Shown here in pieces: positions 37,646 through 47,365 of a DNA stretch of 64,000 nucleotides. This DNA comes from Elusimicrobiota bacterium (lineage in GTDB: Bacteria; Elusimicrobiota; Endomicrobiia; Endomicrobiales; Endomicrobiaceae). The stretch is from NCBI GenBank assembly GCA_017528425.1, contig JAFXOV010000003.1, forward strand, positions 25,174 through 89,173, given 5' to 3'. Each line of letters opens with the position of its first letter. Position 1 is the stretch's first letter. The notes beneath the pieces were generated by a model. That model made no database searches. It worked only from the letters and a program-made list of their open reading frames with translations, and was not told where the DNA came from. Both the position numbers and the translations under genes were made by a program.

Positions 37646-38733
37646 AAAATATACTTATTGCAGTCAGTGGTACAGGCGGACACGTTTATCCCGGAATAGC
37701 ACTCGCTTATGAATTGAAACAAGCAGGATATCATCCTGTTTTTATAGTGAACAATAATAAGAACGGTGTATCATTACAAATTGTGAGCAATTCCGGTTAC
37801 GATTATGAACTGTTGGATTTTAAAGCTCCTCCGAGAAAAATATCGCTGGATTTATTTTTGTTCCCGTTCAAACTTATTAAAACATTGTTTGCGGCAAAAA
37901 AAATATTGAACAAGTTTTCGCCCGTGGCAGCGGTAGGGATGGGCGCATACTTATCCTTCCCTATATTACTTATAGCAAAAATAAAAAAGATACCTACACT
38001 TATTCACGAACAAAATTCCATTCCGGGACTCGCAAACAAATTATTATCTAAGATAGTTACAAAAGTTGCCGTAAGTTTTCAAGGATCCGAAAAATATTTC
38101 AACAAAAAGAAAACAATATTTACTTCTAACCCGATAAGAAAAGACATTTTTAATATTTCAAGAACTGAAGCGGCAAACAAATTAAATCTTGATGCCGATA
38201 TTTTCACAATTTTTATTTTCGGCGGAAGTTTAGGCGCAACAAAGCTGAACAATATTATGTTCAATGTTAACGAATATTTATTTAATCGACATAAAGGTAA
38301 AATACAATTTATACATATTACGGGAAACAACGATTTCGAATCATTAGATAACAAATACAAAAAACTTAATACAAAAAAGTTTATAACAAAATATATGAAC
38401 GATATAGGAAATGCTTATGCCTGCAGCGATTTGTTGGTTTGCAGAGCAGGAGCGGGAACGGTAAAAGAAGTAGAAAATTACAATTTGCCGGCACTGTTTA
38501 TACCTTTCCCTTATGCTACCGACAATCATCAATACTTCAATGCAAAATCGGTAGAAATACCGAATTTCAGAATTGTTATAGAAGAAAAAAATATTACCGA
38601 ACAAGAAATAATAAAATTTATCGAACAATACATATCTAATGTCATAGATGTTACCAGAGTAGTTACTCCGGAATATTTCCCTCAGGAAATATTGGCTAAA
38701 GAGGTTATAAAATTAGCAAATGAAAAAATATAA
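37642..38733 (+). CDS. murG: UDP-GlcNAc--lipid I GlcNAc transferase
   Basis: 363 aa. N-terminal GTGGHVYPGIALA and C-terminal CRAGAGTV.E. Confidence 0.9.
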   Translation: MKNILIAVSGTGGHVYPGIALAYELKQAGYHPVFIVNNNKNGVSLQIVSNSGYDYELLDFKAPPRKISLDLFLFPFKLIKTLFAAKKILNKFSPVAAVGMGAYLSFPILLIAKIKKIPTLIHEQNSIPGLANKLLSKIVTKVAVSFQGSEKYFNKKKTIFTSNPIRKDIFNISRTEAANKLNLDADIFTIFIFGGSLGATKLNNIMFNVNEYLFNRHKGKIQFIHITGNNDFESLDNKYKKLNTKKFITKYMNDIGNAYACSDLLVCRAGAGTVKEVENYNLPALFIPFPYATDNHQYFNAKSVEIPNFRIVIEEKNITEQEIIKFIEQYISNVIDVTRVVTPEYFPQEILAKEVIKLANEKI

Positions 38734-39469
38734 TATTTTAATATCAAACGACGACGGAATAAACGGACCGGGCTTAAAACCTTTGATGAAAGAGTTATCT
38801 TCTTTCGCAAATATTTATGTTATTGTTCCAAAACACGAAATGTCGGGAACAAGCCATTCGATACATTTGAAGAAATGGTTAAAACTCGAAAAAAACAAAA
38901 ATAATATTTATATTCTTGTAGGCGGAACACCTGCAGACTGTGTAAAATATGCGCTATATTCTTTTTTTAAGGATAAAATAGATTTGGTTGTAGCCGGAAT
39001 AAATACGTGTGCGAACCTTGCACAAGACGTTGTTTATTCTGGAACGGTTGCTGCCGCAAGAGAAGGGGCATATTTGGGAATACCGTCAATGTCTGTTTCG
39101 GCAAGCGACGAACAAAACCCTTGTTATGAACAAACAGCCAAAGCTGCTTTAAAAATAGCAAAAACAGTATTAAAGAAAGAAAAGAAGGGGGGCAGACCTG
39201 CATTATGTTTAAATATTAATATTCCCCCCAATTATAAGGGAATAAAGGTTGTTCCTTTGGGAATAAGATGCTACGATGAAAGTGTTATAGAAAAGAAAAC
39301 AAAAAAAGGAACATACTTTAAACTTGCCGGAAGATTCATTTCCGGTAAAAAGAATAAAAAGTCTGATATTGATGCCATAGAACAGGGATACATATCGGTT
39401 ACTCCGTTGGAACTCGACCAAACCGGTTTTTCAAAAATCAAAACCTACAAAATTTTAGAAAGAATTTAA
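38720..39469 (+). CDS. surE: 5'/3'-nucleotidase SurE
   Basis: 249 aa. Motifs ILISNDDGINGPGL, GTPADCV and SGTVAAAREG. Confidence 0.88.
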   Translation: MKKYNILISNDDGINGPGLKPLMKELSSFANIYVIVPKHEMSGTSHSIHLKKWLKLEKNKNNIYILVGGTPADCVKYALYSFFKDKIDLVVAGINTCANLAQDVVYSGTVAAAREGAYLGIPSMSVSASDEQNPCYEQTAKAALKIAKTVLKKEKKGGRPALCLNINIPPNYKGIKVVPLGIRCYDESVIEKKTKKGTYFKLAGRFISGKKNKKSDIDAIEQGYISVTPLELDQTGFSKIKTYKILERI

Positions 39470-40185
39470 AAAGTAGCTCTCGCTAACGTTACCACTATAC
39501 ACTTACTTTTTAAATTTTTTAGTACTTTTGCGCATTGATTCGCAGTGCTACACGTCGTTGCAATATCATCAATCAAAAGAATTCTCTTATTCTTTATCGT
39601 ATCCACATACTTTTTATTTATCTTAAATATATCTTCCAAATTTTCTTTTCTCTGTCCTTTTCTAAGGTTAAATTGCGGTTTAGTATATTTTGTTCTAATC
39701 AAAGCATTACACATCGATTTATTGATAATTTTTGCAACATTTTCCGCCAACAATTCCGCTTGATTGTATCCCCTTCTCCACTTTTTAAACCAATGCATCG
39801 GAACAGGAACGACAACATCTATATCTTTATCGATACTCTCTTTTACTATAAATTTTGCAAGTTCCGCAGCCAAATCTTTTGCCAAAAATTGTTTTCTCGA
39901 ATATTTTAAATTCTTTATCAACTTTTTCATTTGAGTCGAATAAGTGTAAGGTGCTTTTAAAACTTCAAAATAAATATCTTTGTTGCTTTTACAATCCGAA
40001 CAGGTTGCTCCCCCGTCGGGTAACGGCAACGAACATTTATGACAAATCAATCCTTCCAATTTAGGAATGTTTTCCAAACAATTATTACAAATGTTTTGTT
40101 CCGAAGAAAACGGCAGCGTTTTCCCGCACAATGAACACGTTCTCGGGAACAAGATTGATGTAATAAAATTTAAAATTTTTTTCAT
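39466..40185 (-). CDS. comF: ComF-family protein (zinc-finger N-terminus plus phosphoribosyltransferase domain)
   Basis: 239 aa. Four CxxC pairs at the N-terminus and the PRT motif ILLIDDIATTCST. Its stop overlaps the surE stop inside TTTAAA. Confidence 0.8.
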   Translation of the reverse strand: MKKILNFITSILFPRTCSLCGKTLPFSSEQNICNNCLENIPKLEGLICHKCSLPLPDGGATCSDCKSNKDIYFEVLKAPYTYSTQMKKLIKNLKYSRKQFLAKDLAAELAKFIVKESIDKDIDVVVPVPMHWFKKWRRGYNQAELLAENVAKIINKSMCNALIRTKYTKPQFNLRKGQRKENLEDIFKINKKYVDTIKNKRILLIDDIATTCSTANQCAKVLKNLKSKCIVVTLARATF

Positions 40186-40186
40186 T

Positions 40187-43100
40187 TTAGAATTGTATCG
40201 TCAACTTACTTGAAAGTTCTATATTTGTATAATTTTGTTCGGGAACATAAGTGTATAAATATCTTGAAAAACTCGTTCCTAACGCAAATCTGAAGTTCTT
40301 GGATATTTCGTAATCTCCCGCCAATTTAAACCCGAAATTTTGATAGTTTGCAGCTTCTACATCTACCGCAGAACTTTGAGTATTGTAAAACACATTGGAT
40401 TCAAACAATAATCTGTTTTTCAACGGTATATTTCCTATCAAAGGAAGTTTTATGCCAGTCGGGAACAACAAATCCGAAGTTGCTTGACCGTTAACTGCGT
40501 TAGAGAAAACTTGTGATGCAAGATTACCTTCAGAATTTTTGGACCAATTTTGAGAATTGTCGTATCTCAAACTGAATCTCCACTGCTTAACATTTGTAGC
40601 AATCTGAACAGCCCAATTGGTTATCTGACCTTCCTGTTTTAAAACATTTTCTTCCTTATCGTATTCCTGATTTTTTGTAACATCCGCGGATAAAAACAAA
40701 TCATACTTTTTGATAACTTTTAACTTATAATCTCCGCCGAACATAATGCTGTCACCGTACGAAACACCTGCAACCGTAGTAGTTTTCTTATTGTATTTTA
40801 AATTAAGTTGTGTATCGCTCATCCAACTTTGTCCGAACAATTTTTCAAATCTGCTCATACCGATAAGGATATCCGGCCAAGTTTTTGTATAAGAATCCTT
40901 TGTGGTTCCGGTATTATACGATTCTTCTTCTCCGTCGGTAAATGTAAAGCTCATGGTCATTGTTTTTATCGGCATAAGTTTACCTTTAAAATCGAACGCT
41001 TCAAACGGATTATATCTTCCTATAATTCTTCTATCGTCTCTTTTTAATACCGTTTTAACAGTATAAGATGACGTTGAATATACCGGCTGTATTTCTTTTA
41101 AAAGGTTATCTCTTATCCATAATTTATTGGTGGCAATACCTACGGAAGAAAAGCCTTTTTCCACATTGGTATAAGAATCGGAATCCTGCATTCTGTAAGA
41201 CGTAGTGAAGGTTAAACTTCTTAAATATTTGCTGTTAAAGATATCTCTTGCCTGAAGATTCCATGTAAATTCCGTTGTCCCGACTCTGTCTATTGCCTTT
41301 TTTTCTCCAGGATAAACTTTATTTACAGATGCACTGCTATAAGTTAAATCATAAGTTTCCACGGTATTCAAACTGTAAATAATATTCGGTTGAAACCATT
41401 TTGCGACTTTAAAATTCAAACTTGCACCGATATCCTGATTTAAAGATTTATCATAAAAAATTTCTTCGTTTTCAAAATATTCTTTATTTTTTTCATTAAC
41501 TCTTGTAATAACGTAAGCAGGAGAAAATATAACTTTATCATAGAAAGAGAACGGTGCTTTAAGGCCCCAAGTTTCGGTTTTTTCCAACGTTAAGAAATCT
41601 TCCACTTCCATATATTTTCTCATTGTATCCAAATCTAAGAAAGCATTAGTATCTTCTATTTTTTCCGTCGGATAAATTTTGTATGCGGAATTACTTATTC
41701 TGTAATCTCCCACAAGACTTGTAGGTAAGAAATCAAAATCTATCGGATTTAAATAAACCATGTTAGCGGAAATAGTTTCTTTATCTTCAAGTCGTTCTAT
41801 ATTTTCCGTGTCTTTAATGAACCTGTTATATTCCAATGTGAATTTAGGTAAATCCGTTCCCGCGGATAAAACGGTATTAACATTTCCGCTATACGAAATA
41901 ACTTTACCTTCATCCAAAACAGAAACTTGGTCGGATGTATTTTGTAATGCAAGAGGTGTAACGGTTTTTGTTTTTGTTAACGATGCATTAATCGGTAAAA
42001 CTTGTGTTCCTGCTATTTCGATACCTTTAAATTCAAGGTCTGCATAATCTTCCAATAATTCTCTGTCGTAAGTTCCAGGTGCGAAAGTTTCAAAATCTTT
42101 ATCTATTCCCTTCCTATGCAAATTAACATTTAAAGCACCAATTGCTCCCCTGCCTGCCCAGTTTATACTAAAATCTGTTTTCCAGGCATTACCGTCTTTA
42201 CTTTTTGCATCTGTAACATGAATTTCGTTCACCCAAATTTCACCTGTGTCTGCTCCGTTTGTTTTTACACCGGTTTCAATGAACGCAACTTTTTGCAGAC
42301 TCGGTTCACCTTTCGGTATGATTGTAGCTCTCGGATCAACAGCAACCCATTCCGTTGTTGCTCCATACCCTTTCTGTTTAATTTCCAAGACGTTCCATTT
42401 TCCTTTCATATCATCAGTTATCGGAATAGAATATTCGAAATAATTGTTTTCGTCTCCACCGACTCTCATTATGAAATTACTTTCTTCCGGACTTACCGCG
42501 GTAGTACTTGCAATATACAAGAAGAATTTAAACTTTTCATAATTTGATAAATCAAATCCGGAACTATAAGTTGTTCTCGCAAAAAATTCGTCGCCGCCTG
42601 TACTCGAATCGTAACTTATGGCTAATGCTTGTTCATCTCTTTTAGAGTCACTGTCTATATCGTACAAATCTCTATAATATGAGTTCGTTAAAAGGGAAAC
42701 ATATTGCGGGTTATCTCTTCCTATAGAAAATATTTCACTGGTGCTAAAAGAATCACTTTGTTCTTTAGTCCACTTATTTCCGACAACGGCAATTTTACCT
42801 ATCGTCATTTTACCTTTATCATAAAAACCAGATACTCTGTTAACAGTTAATCTTGTAACTCTTATGTTTTTCCACTTTTCTTTGTCGGCATCGGATGTAA
42901 TATCCAACGGAATTTGTATTCTTTGCCAACCGGTTTTTGTAATATCGGCATACTCTTCCAAATTAAAGTTTGTAAGATTTACATCAGCCAAATCCAAACG
43001 ATTGTTACCGTTTAAATCTTCAGTATCGAGTCTGCCGTTATTTGCACCGATTTTAGATATTCCGTAAGCGGCAGTTTTGTTTGTAAAATCTCTACCTATA

Positions 43101-45736
43101 TCTTCCCAGGGACTTATTATTCCGTCTCCGTTTTTATCTTCTGTATCCAAAACATAGTTCTGATCGGAATCTTCATTCATTGCAGAAGCTAAATCAAGAC
43201 GAACATTTACCTGTGCAAAGTTTGCTTTTATCCAAATTTCCAAATACAACTTTTTTGAAAAATCGTAACCTGCCACAGATACGACTTGACCTATAGAGGC
43301 ATAATCACAAACAGACATATCATAATTTATATCCATAACCTGCTGTTTTTCGCCCGATATAATTTCCAAATTTTTGTCTATATCTTTTTTTTCTATATCG
43401 TAGTTTCTCCAAGTTATTGCATTCGTATCATATTCTGCATATATACCGTTAGGTGTTGATGCATAAAACCAATTATCGTCTATCAAAGAAAAACTGTCAT
43501 CCTGTTTTGCACTTTCCATAGATTCTATTATTGCTTTACCTGTAGTGTTTTGAATATATTTACTCATAGCATATTCCGCATTTGCGGATATGCTTAAGCT
43601 ATCCGTTATTTTTACATTTTTTACTTTTGCATCAACTTCACCTACAAGCGTACTTGACGGAGCGGAATATATATCCGGAAGTTTTGTATCTTCTGCGGCA
43701 AACTCATAAATAAAACTTCCTCCCAAAGAAATATTATCCGTAAAATCATATTGAGATCTCACTCCTACAAGAGTCGAGCCTGACGATGCTCCTCCCAACG
43801 GAGAATAATCGTAAGAAACATCTATAACGGTATCGTTGTTAATATATTCATCTTTTAAAATCGTCAATATACCGACATCGTAATCCAGCATATAGTCTTC
43901 ATTTATCTTCAAAGTTTTACCGTTTGCAACAACTTTTTCCGACATAGGAACAATACCTGTTCTTAAATTAAAAATTTTAATTTTATACTCGTATTGAACA
44001 ACAAAGTTGTATTTATGTGTATTTGATGTATATAAATCATCGTGTAACGGTTTACCTGTTATAGGTTGCAAATTGAATACACCGTTATCAAAATCTACGA
44101 TAATATTTGAATCATATCCGTCTATATTCGGAAATTTCGGAACATGTTTTCCTCCTTCTATGGAAGAAGGAATCGTATCATTTAAATCTCTGACTTCCAA
44201 TATAAAATTATCTCTGCCGTTATATTTTGTAATTTGATAGTTGCCTATGCTGTAAAAAGTATGCACTTCCGTAGATAGAGCATCGGTATTATCCGTATCC
44301 TTAATTACTTGAGGATTTCCCCCTGTTGAATCCGACAACCAAGTGCCATCCGTATATTGGTAATCGATAGCAACAACATACTGATTAGATAAAGTATTTT
44401 TAAATGTAATTATACCGGTAGTATAATCTATGGTATAGTCCGTTCCTGCCGTAAGTTTAATAAAATTACCTTTATATACTTTGGACAAATCTTTCATATA
44501 ATGCAATTCCGTATCGTCTCTTATTACGACATAATCACTGATGGTAGTTTTTATTTTATCCAAATACACTTTTGCGGAATCATTTTTTATTTTTTTAGAA
44601 GGATCACTGATAATGGAATAATATTTATATTTTATATACGAAGTATCGGATATAATTTTTTTCTCCATTTTACTGCTTCCTTTAAACTGTTTGCTTTCGG
44701 AATAACCCTTTGTTTTAGAGAAAAAGAATTTCGTTTTTAATCCCTTATATTGAGTATCAACTTTAGCACCGAACAATTCTTTTGAATATCCCGAAAATTC
44801 GGTACTCGGCAAATCAACATTAATATCACCGAAAGCGGCTTCTCTTACAAATTCGTTTCCTTTTCCCTTATAAAGAATATAAATATCTTTTTTATCTTCT
44901 TGTGTATCATCGAAATCAACATTTAATTCAAGCCTGTCTCCGACAGTACCTTTTATTTTCATTTGCAATTCTTGTTCCATGGAAAAGTCCGAAGAATTTG
45001 ATCTTTTACCGGACTCTTCATTATCATAAATCGTTCCGGAATAATTTACGCCTATCATTTTTCTTCCGGATAACAACAACTTAGAATCAAAAGGTAATTT
45101 ATCCATCATTTTTTTTGCAAAAGATTTTGCCTTATCGTCTTCTTTTTGTTTTTCTTCCGTTTCTTGTTTTCCTTTATTCTCTTCTTTTTTTGAAACAGGC
45201 TCAACAGTTGCCGTTGTTGTTGATTGATTAACATCGGCTGCCGTATCGGTAGATTTATTAAGATTTAATTTGTCTAAAACTTTTTCTCCTGCAATACCCA
45301 TTGCTGTTGTTGTAGGCAAATTCAAATCATAATTTGCTGTATTTTGCGGCTTTTCAACAATTGCACCCGAAGAATAATATGTCCCCAAATCGTTTTCATC
45401 CGGAATAACGGTCATCGAAGAAACAACAATATCTTTATTTTCTTTTACTTCCTTGTATTTTAAAGGTTTGGTAATATCAATAGCTTGTGTATTACTTGAA
45501 ACATTTACTGTATCCGTAGATATGTTTACTTGTGCCGTATCCGTAGAAACACTTATTGTGTCTGTAGATATATTTACTTGTGATGTATTTGTGGAAATAT
45601 TTACCGTGTCGGTAGAAGTTACAATTTGAGAATTTGTATTATCCGTTGCGGTTTCACTGCTTACGGAAACAACATCTTCCGCAAACATGTATACCGAACA
45701 AAACAGAAAAATAATTATCAAAAATATTTTTTTCAT
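40187..45736 (-). CDS. Giant (1849 aa) predicted outer-membrane beta-barrel protein, tentatively SprA/Sov-like
   Basis: Signal peptide MKKIFLIIIFLFCSVYMFA. S/T-rich 8-aa repeats and a K/E linker. Alternating beta-strand patterns run throughout, with an OMP-type C-terminus ..IELSSKLTIQF. The block aa 255-375 (EQELQMKIKGTVGDRLELNVDFDD...ILYKG...FGDINVDLP...ELFGAKVDTQYKGL...FFFSKTKG) parallels the SprA N-terminal pattern as I remember it. Confidence 0.85.
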   Translation of the reverse strand: MKKIFLIIIFLFCSVYMFAEDVVSVSSETATDNTNSQIVTSTDTVNISTNTSQVNISTDTISVSTDTAQVNISTDTVNVSSNTQAIDITKPLKYKEVKENKDIVVSSMTVIPDENDLGTYYSSGAIVEKPQNTANYDLNLPTTTAMGIAGEKVLDKLNLNKSTDTAADVNQSTTTATVEPVSKKEENKGKQETEEKQKEDDKAKSFAKKMMDKLPFDSKLLLSGRKMIGVNYSGTIYDNEESGKRSNSSDFSMEQELQMKIKGTVGDRLELNVDFDDTQEDKKDIYILYKGKGNEFVREAAFGDINVDLPSTEFSGYSKELFGAKVDTQYKGLKTKFFFSKTKGYSESKQFKGSSKMEKKIISDTSYIKYKYYSIISDPSKKIKNDSAKVYLDKIKTTISDYVVIRDDTELHYMKDLSKVYKGNFIKLTAGTDYTIDYTTGIITFKNTLSNQYVVAIDYQYTDGTWLSDSTGGNPQVIKDTDNTDALSTEVHTFYSIGNYQITKYNGRDNFILEVRDLNDTIPSSIEGGKHVPKFPNIDGYDSNIIVDFDNGVFNLQPITGKPLHDDLYTSNTHKYNFVVQYEYKIKIFNLRTGIVPMSEKVVANGKTLKINEDYMLDYDVGILTILKDEYINNDTVIDVSYDYSPLGGASSGSTLVGVRSQYDFTDNISLGGSFIYEFAAEDTKLPDIYSAPSSTLVGEVDAKVKNVKITDSLSISANAEYAMSKYIQNTTGKAIIESMESAKQDDSFSLIDDNWFYASTPNGIYAEYDTNAITWRNYDIEKKDIDKNLEIISGEKQQVMDINYDMSVCDYASIGQVVSVAGYDFSKKLYLEIWIKANFAQVNVRLDLASAMNEDSDQNYVLDTEDKNGDGIISPWEDIGRDFTNKTAAYGISKIGANNGRLDTEDLNGNNRLDLADVNLTNFNLEEYADITKTGWQRIQIPLDITSDADKEKWKNIRVTRLTVNRVSGFYDKGKMTIGKIAVVGNKWTKEQSDSFSTSEIFSIGRDNPQYVSLLTNSYYRDLYDIDSDSKRDEQALAISYDSSTGGDEFFARTTYSSGFDLSNYEKFKFFLYIASTTAVSPEESNFIMRVGGDENNYFEYSIPITDDMKGKWNVLEIKQKGYGATTEWVAVDPRATIIPKGEPSLQKVAFIETGVKTNGADTGEIWVNEIHVTDAKSKDGNAWKTDFSINWAGRGAIGALNVNLHRKGIDKDFETFAPGTYDRELLEDYADLEFKGIEIAGTQVLPINASLTKTKTVTPLALQNTSDQVSVLDEGKVISYSGNVNTVLSAGTDLPKFTLEYNRFIKDTENIERLEDKETISANMVYLNPIDFDFLPTSLVGDYRISNSAYKIYPTEKIEDTNAFLDLDTMRKYMEVEDFLTLEKTETWGLKAPFSFYDKVIFSPAYVITRVNEKNKEYFENEEIFYDKSLNQDIGASLNFKVAKWFQPNIIYSLNTVETYDLTYSSASVNKVYPGEKKAIDRVGTTEFTWNLQARDIFNSKYLRSLTFTTSYRMQDSDSYTNVEKGFSSVGIATNKLWIRDNLLKEIQPVYSTSSYTVKTVLKRDDRRIIGRYNPFEAFDFKGKLMPIKTMTMSFTFTDGEEESYNTGTTKDSYTKTWPDILIGMSRFEKLFGQSWMSDTQLNLKYNKKTTTVAGVSYGDSIMFGGDYKLKVIKKYDLFLSADVTKNQEYDKEENVLKQEGQITNWAVQIATNVKQWRFSLRYDNSQNWSKNSEGNLASQVFSNAVNGQATSDLLFPTGIKLPLIGNIPLKNRLLFESNVFYNTQSSAVDVEAANYQNFGFKLAGDYEISKNFRFALGTSFSRYLYTYVPEQNYTNIELSSKLTIQF
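45482..45631 (-). repeat. Tandem ~21-27 nt coding repeats (STDTxxVNI units) at the N-terminus of the giant OMP
   Basis: The peptide reads TSTDTVNISTNTSQVNISTDTISVSTDTAQVNISTDTVNVSSNTQ. The DNA shows repeated gtagatat(a/g)tttac / ccgtagaaac units. Confidence 0.8.
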
Positions 45737-45742
45737 TATTAA

Positions 45743-47359
45743 CTATTGAGCCAAAACTTTTGCATTTTTGTATTTTATATCTTTTTCATTTACAAACCAC
45801 TGATAAAAATTCCATCCTATACCTGCCGGAGCAAGTTCTACATTATTAAACCTTTTATGAACACAAACAAGGTTTTCCGGATAATATAAAAATATGCACG
45901 GCGGATCTTCTCTCATAATGTCTTGAATTTTATGGTAACATCTGATTCTTTCTTCTTTATCAAATGTTGTCCTTGCTTTTACCAACAAATCATCAACTTC
46001 GTTATTTTTGTAAGACATAAAATTGTATTGCCCTAACCCGCATTGCGAAGAATGCCACAAGGAAAACTGGTCGGGATCAATTGCAGTATTCCACCCTAAA
46101 ATAAGAGCATCAAAATTCTTTTTGTTCACATATTGGTTTAAGAATGTGCTCCATTCCAAAATTCTTATATTAACCGTAAGACCTATTTTTTTCAATTGTT
46201 CCTGTATGATTTGAGCCGTTAACTCTCTTGATTTGTTACCTTGATTGGTAATTATGTTTATTTCAAAATCTTTATTATTATAAAGTAATTTATCGTCCGG
46301 AGATTTGCTGAAACCTATAGAGAGCAAAAGTTCCAAAGCTTTTTCGGGATTATACTCATAAGGTTCTACTTCTTTATATGCCCAAGACTGCGGCGGAAAT
46401 ATTCCCCATGCGGTTTTTGCCATATCGGATAATACTCCCTTTATGATATCTTTTTTATCTATTGCATAAGATACTGCTTGTCTGAACTTGATATTATTGT
46501 AAGGTTCTTTTTCCAAATTAAATCCTAAAAAAGTGAACCCGAAAGACGGATAACGATACTTATCATAATTTTTGAAGAAAGAATCATACGCATTCCATTG
46601 ATCCGGAGTTAAAGAAAGTTCATCGATAGTTTCTGTTCTTAACTCCAAAAATTGAACCGATTGGTCCGGTATTACTCTAAACAAACAAACTTTTATTTTT
46701 GGAACACCTTCATAATAATTGGGATTAGCTTCCAAAACTATTTTTTGGTCTGTCACCCACTTTTTGAAAATATATGGCCCCGTACCTACCGGTTTTCTGT
46801 TATATTCGGACGTATTTATATCTTCATTTCTGAAAATATGTTCCGGAATTATACCTATACACCAACTTTCAAGTATCGGAGCAAAAGGTTGTTCGTAAGT
46901 GACAATAAAAGAATAATCATCTAACACTTCGAAATTCTTTACCATCAAATAGTCGGAAGAAAAAGGTGTTCTTGTATTCGGATCTGTCAATTTATCAAAC
47001 GTAAATTTAACATCTTTAACGGTAAACGGTTCCCCGTCGTGCCAAAATATATTTTTCTTTAAGTTAAACTTTATCTGTAATCCGTCTTGTGACACCTGAT
47101 AACTTTCCGCCAAATCGCAAACCAAATTTAAATCTTTATCGTATTTCAACAGTCCGTTATATATGTAAGAATTAACCGACGAGGATGCAGAATCCGAAGC
47201 TAAAACCGGATTCAAGAATATTGCATCCCCTATAGAAGACACAACATACATATCTTTTGAGACTGTATTATCGGTATAGTCGGTCAATTTATTTTCGTTA
47301 TTACAAGATAACAGCAAGACCGAGAAAAACAATAAAAAAATAAATTTTTTTAACTTCAT
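45743..47359 (-). CDS. Family-5 (peptide/nickel, OppA/DppA-type) solute-binding lipoprotein with no cognate permease or ATPase nearby
   Basis: 538 aa. Lipobox LLLSC at aa 15-19. The length and motifs (FNLKKNIFWHDGEPFTVKDVKFTF, ANPNYYEG) are typical of SBP_bac_5. It ends 6 nt upstream of the giant OMP gene. Confidence 0.85.
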   Translation of the reverse strand: MKLKKFIFLLFFSVLLLSCNNENKLTDYTDNTVSKDMYVVSSIGDAIFLNPVLASDSASSSVNSYIYNGLLKYDKDLNLVCDLAESYQVSQDGLQIKFNLKKNIFWHDGEPFTVKDVKFTFDKLTDPNTRTPFSSDYLMVKNFEVLDDYSFIVTYEQPFAPILESWCIGIIPEHIFRNEDINTSEYNRKPVGTGPYIFKKWVTDQKIVLEANPNYYEGVPKIKVCLFRVIPDQSVQFLELRTETIDELSLTPDQWNAYDSFFKNYDKYRYPSFGFTFLGFNLEKEPYNNIKFRQAVSYAIDKKDIIKGVLSDMAKTAWGIFPPQSWAYKEVEPYEYNPEKALELLLSIGFSKSPDDKLLYNNKDFEINIITNQGNKSRELTAQIIQEQLKKIGLTVNIRILEWSTFLNQYVNKKNFDALILGWNTAIDPDQFSLWHSSQCGLGQYNFMSYKNNEVDDLLVKARTTFDKEERIRCYHKIQDIMREDPPCIFLYYPENLVCVHKRFNNVELAPAGIGWNFYQWFVNEKDIKYKNAKVLAQ

Positions 47360-47365
47360 TATATT

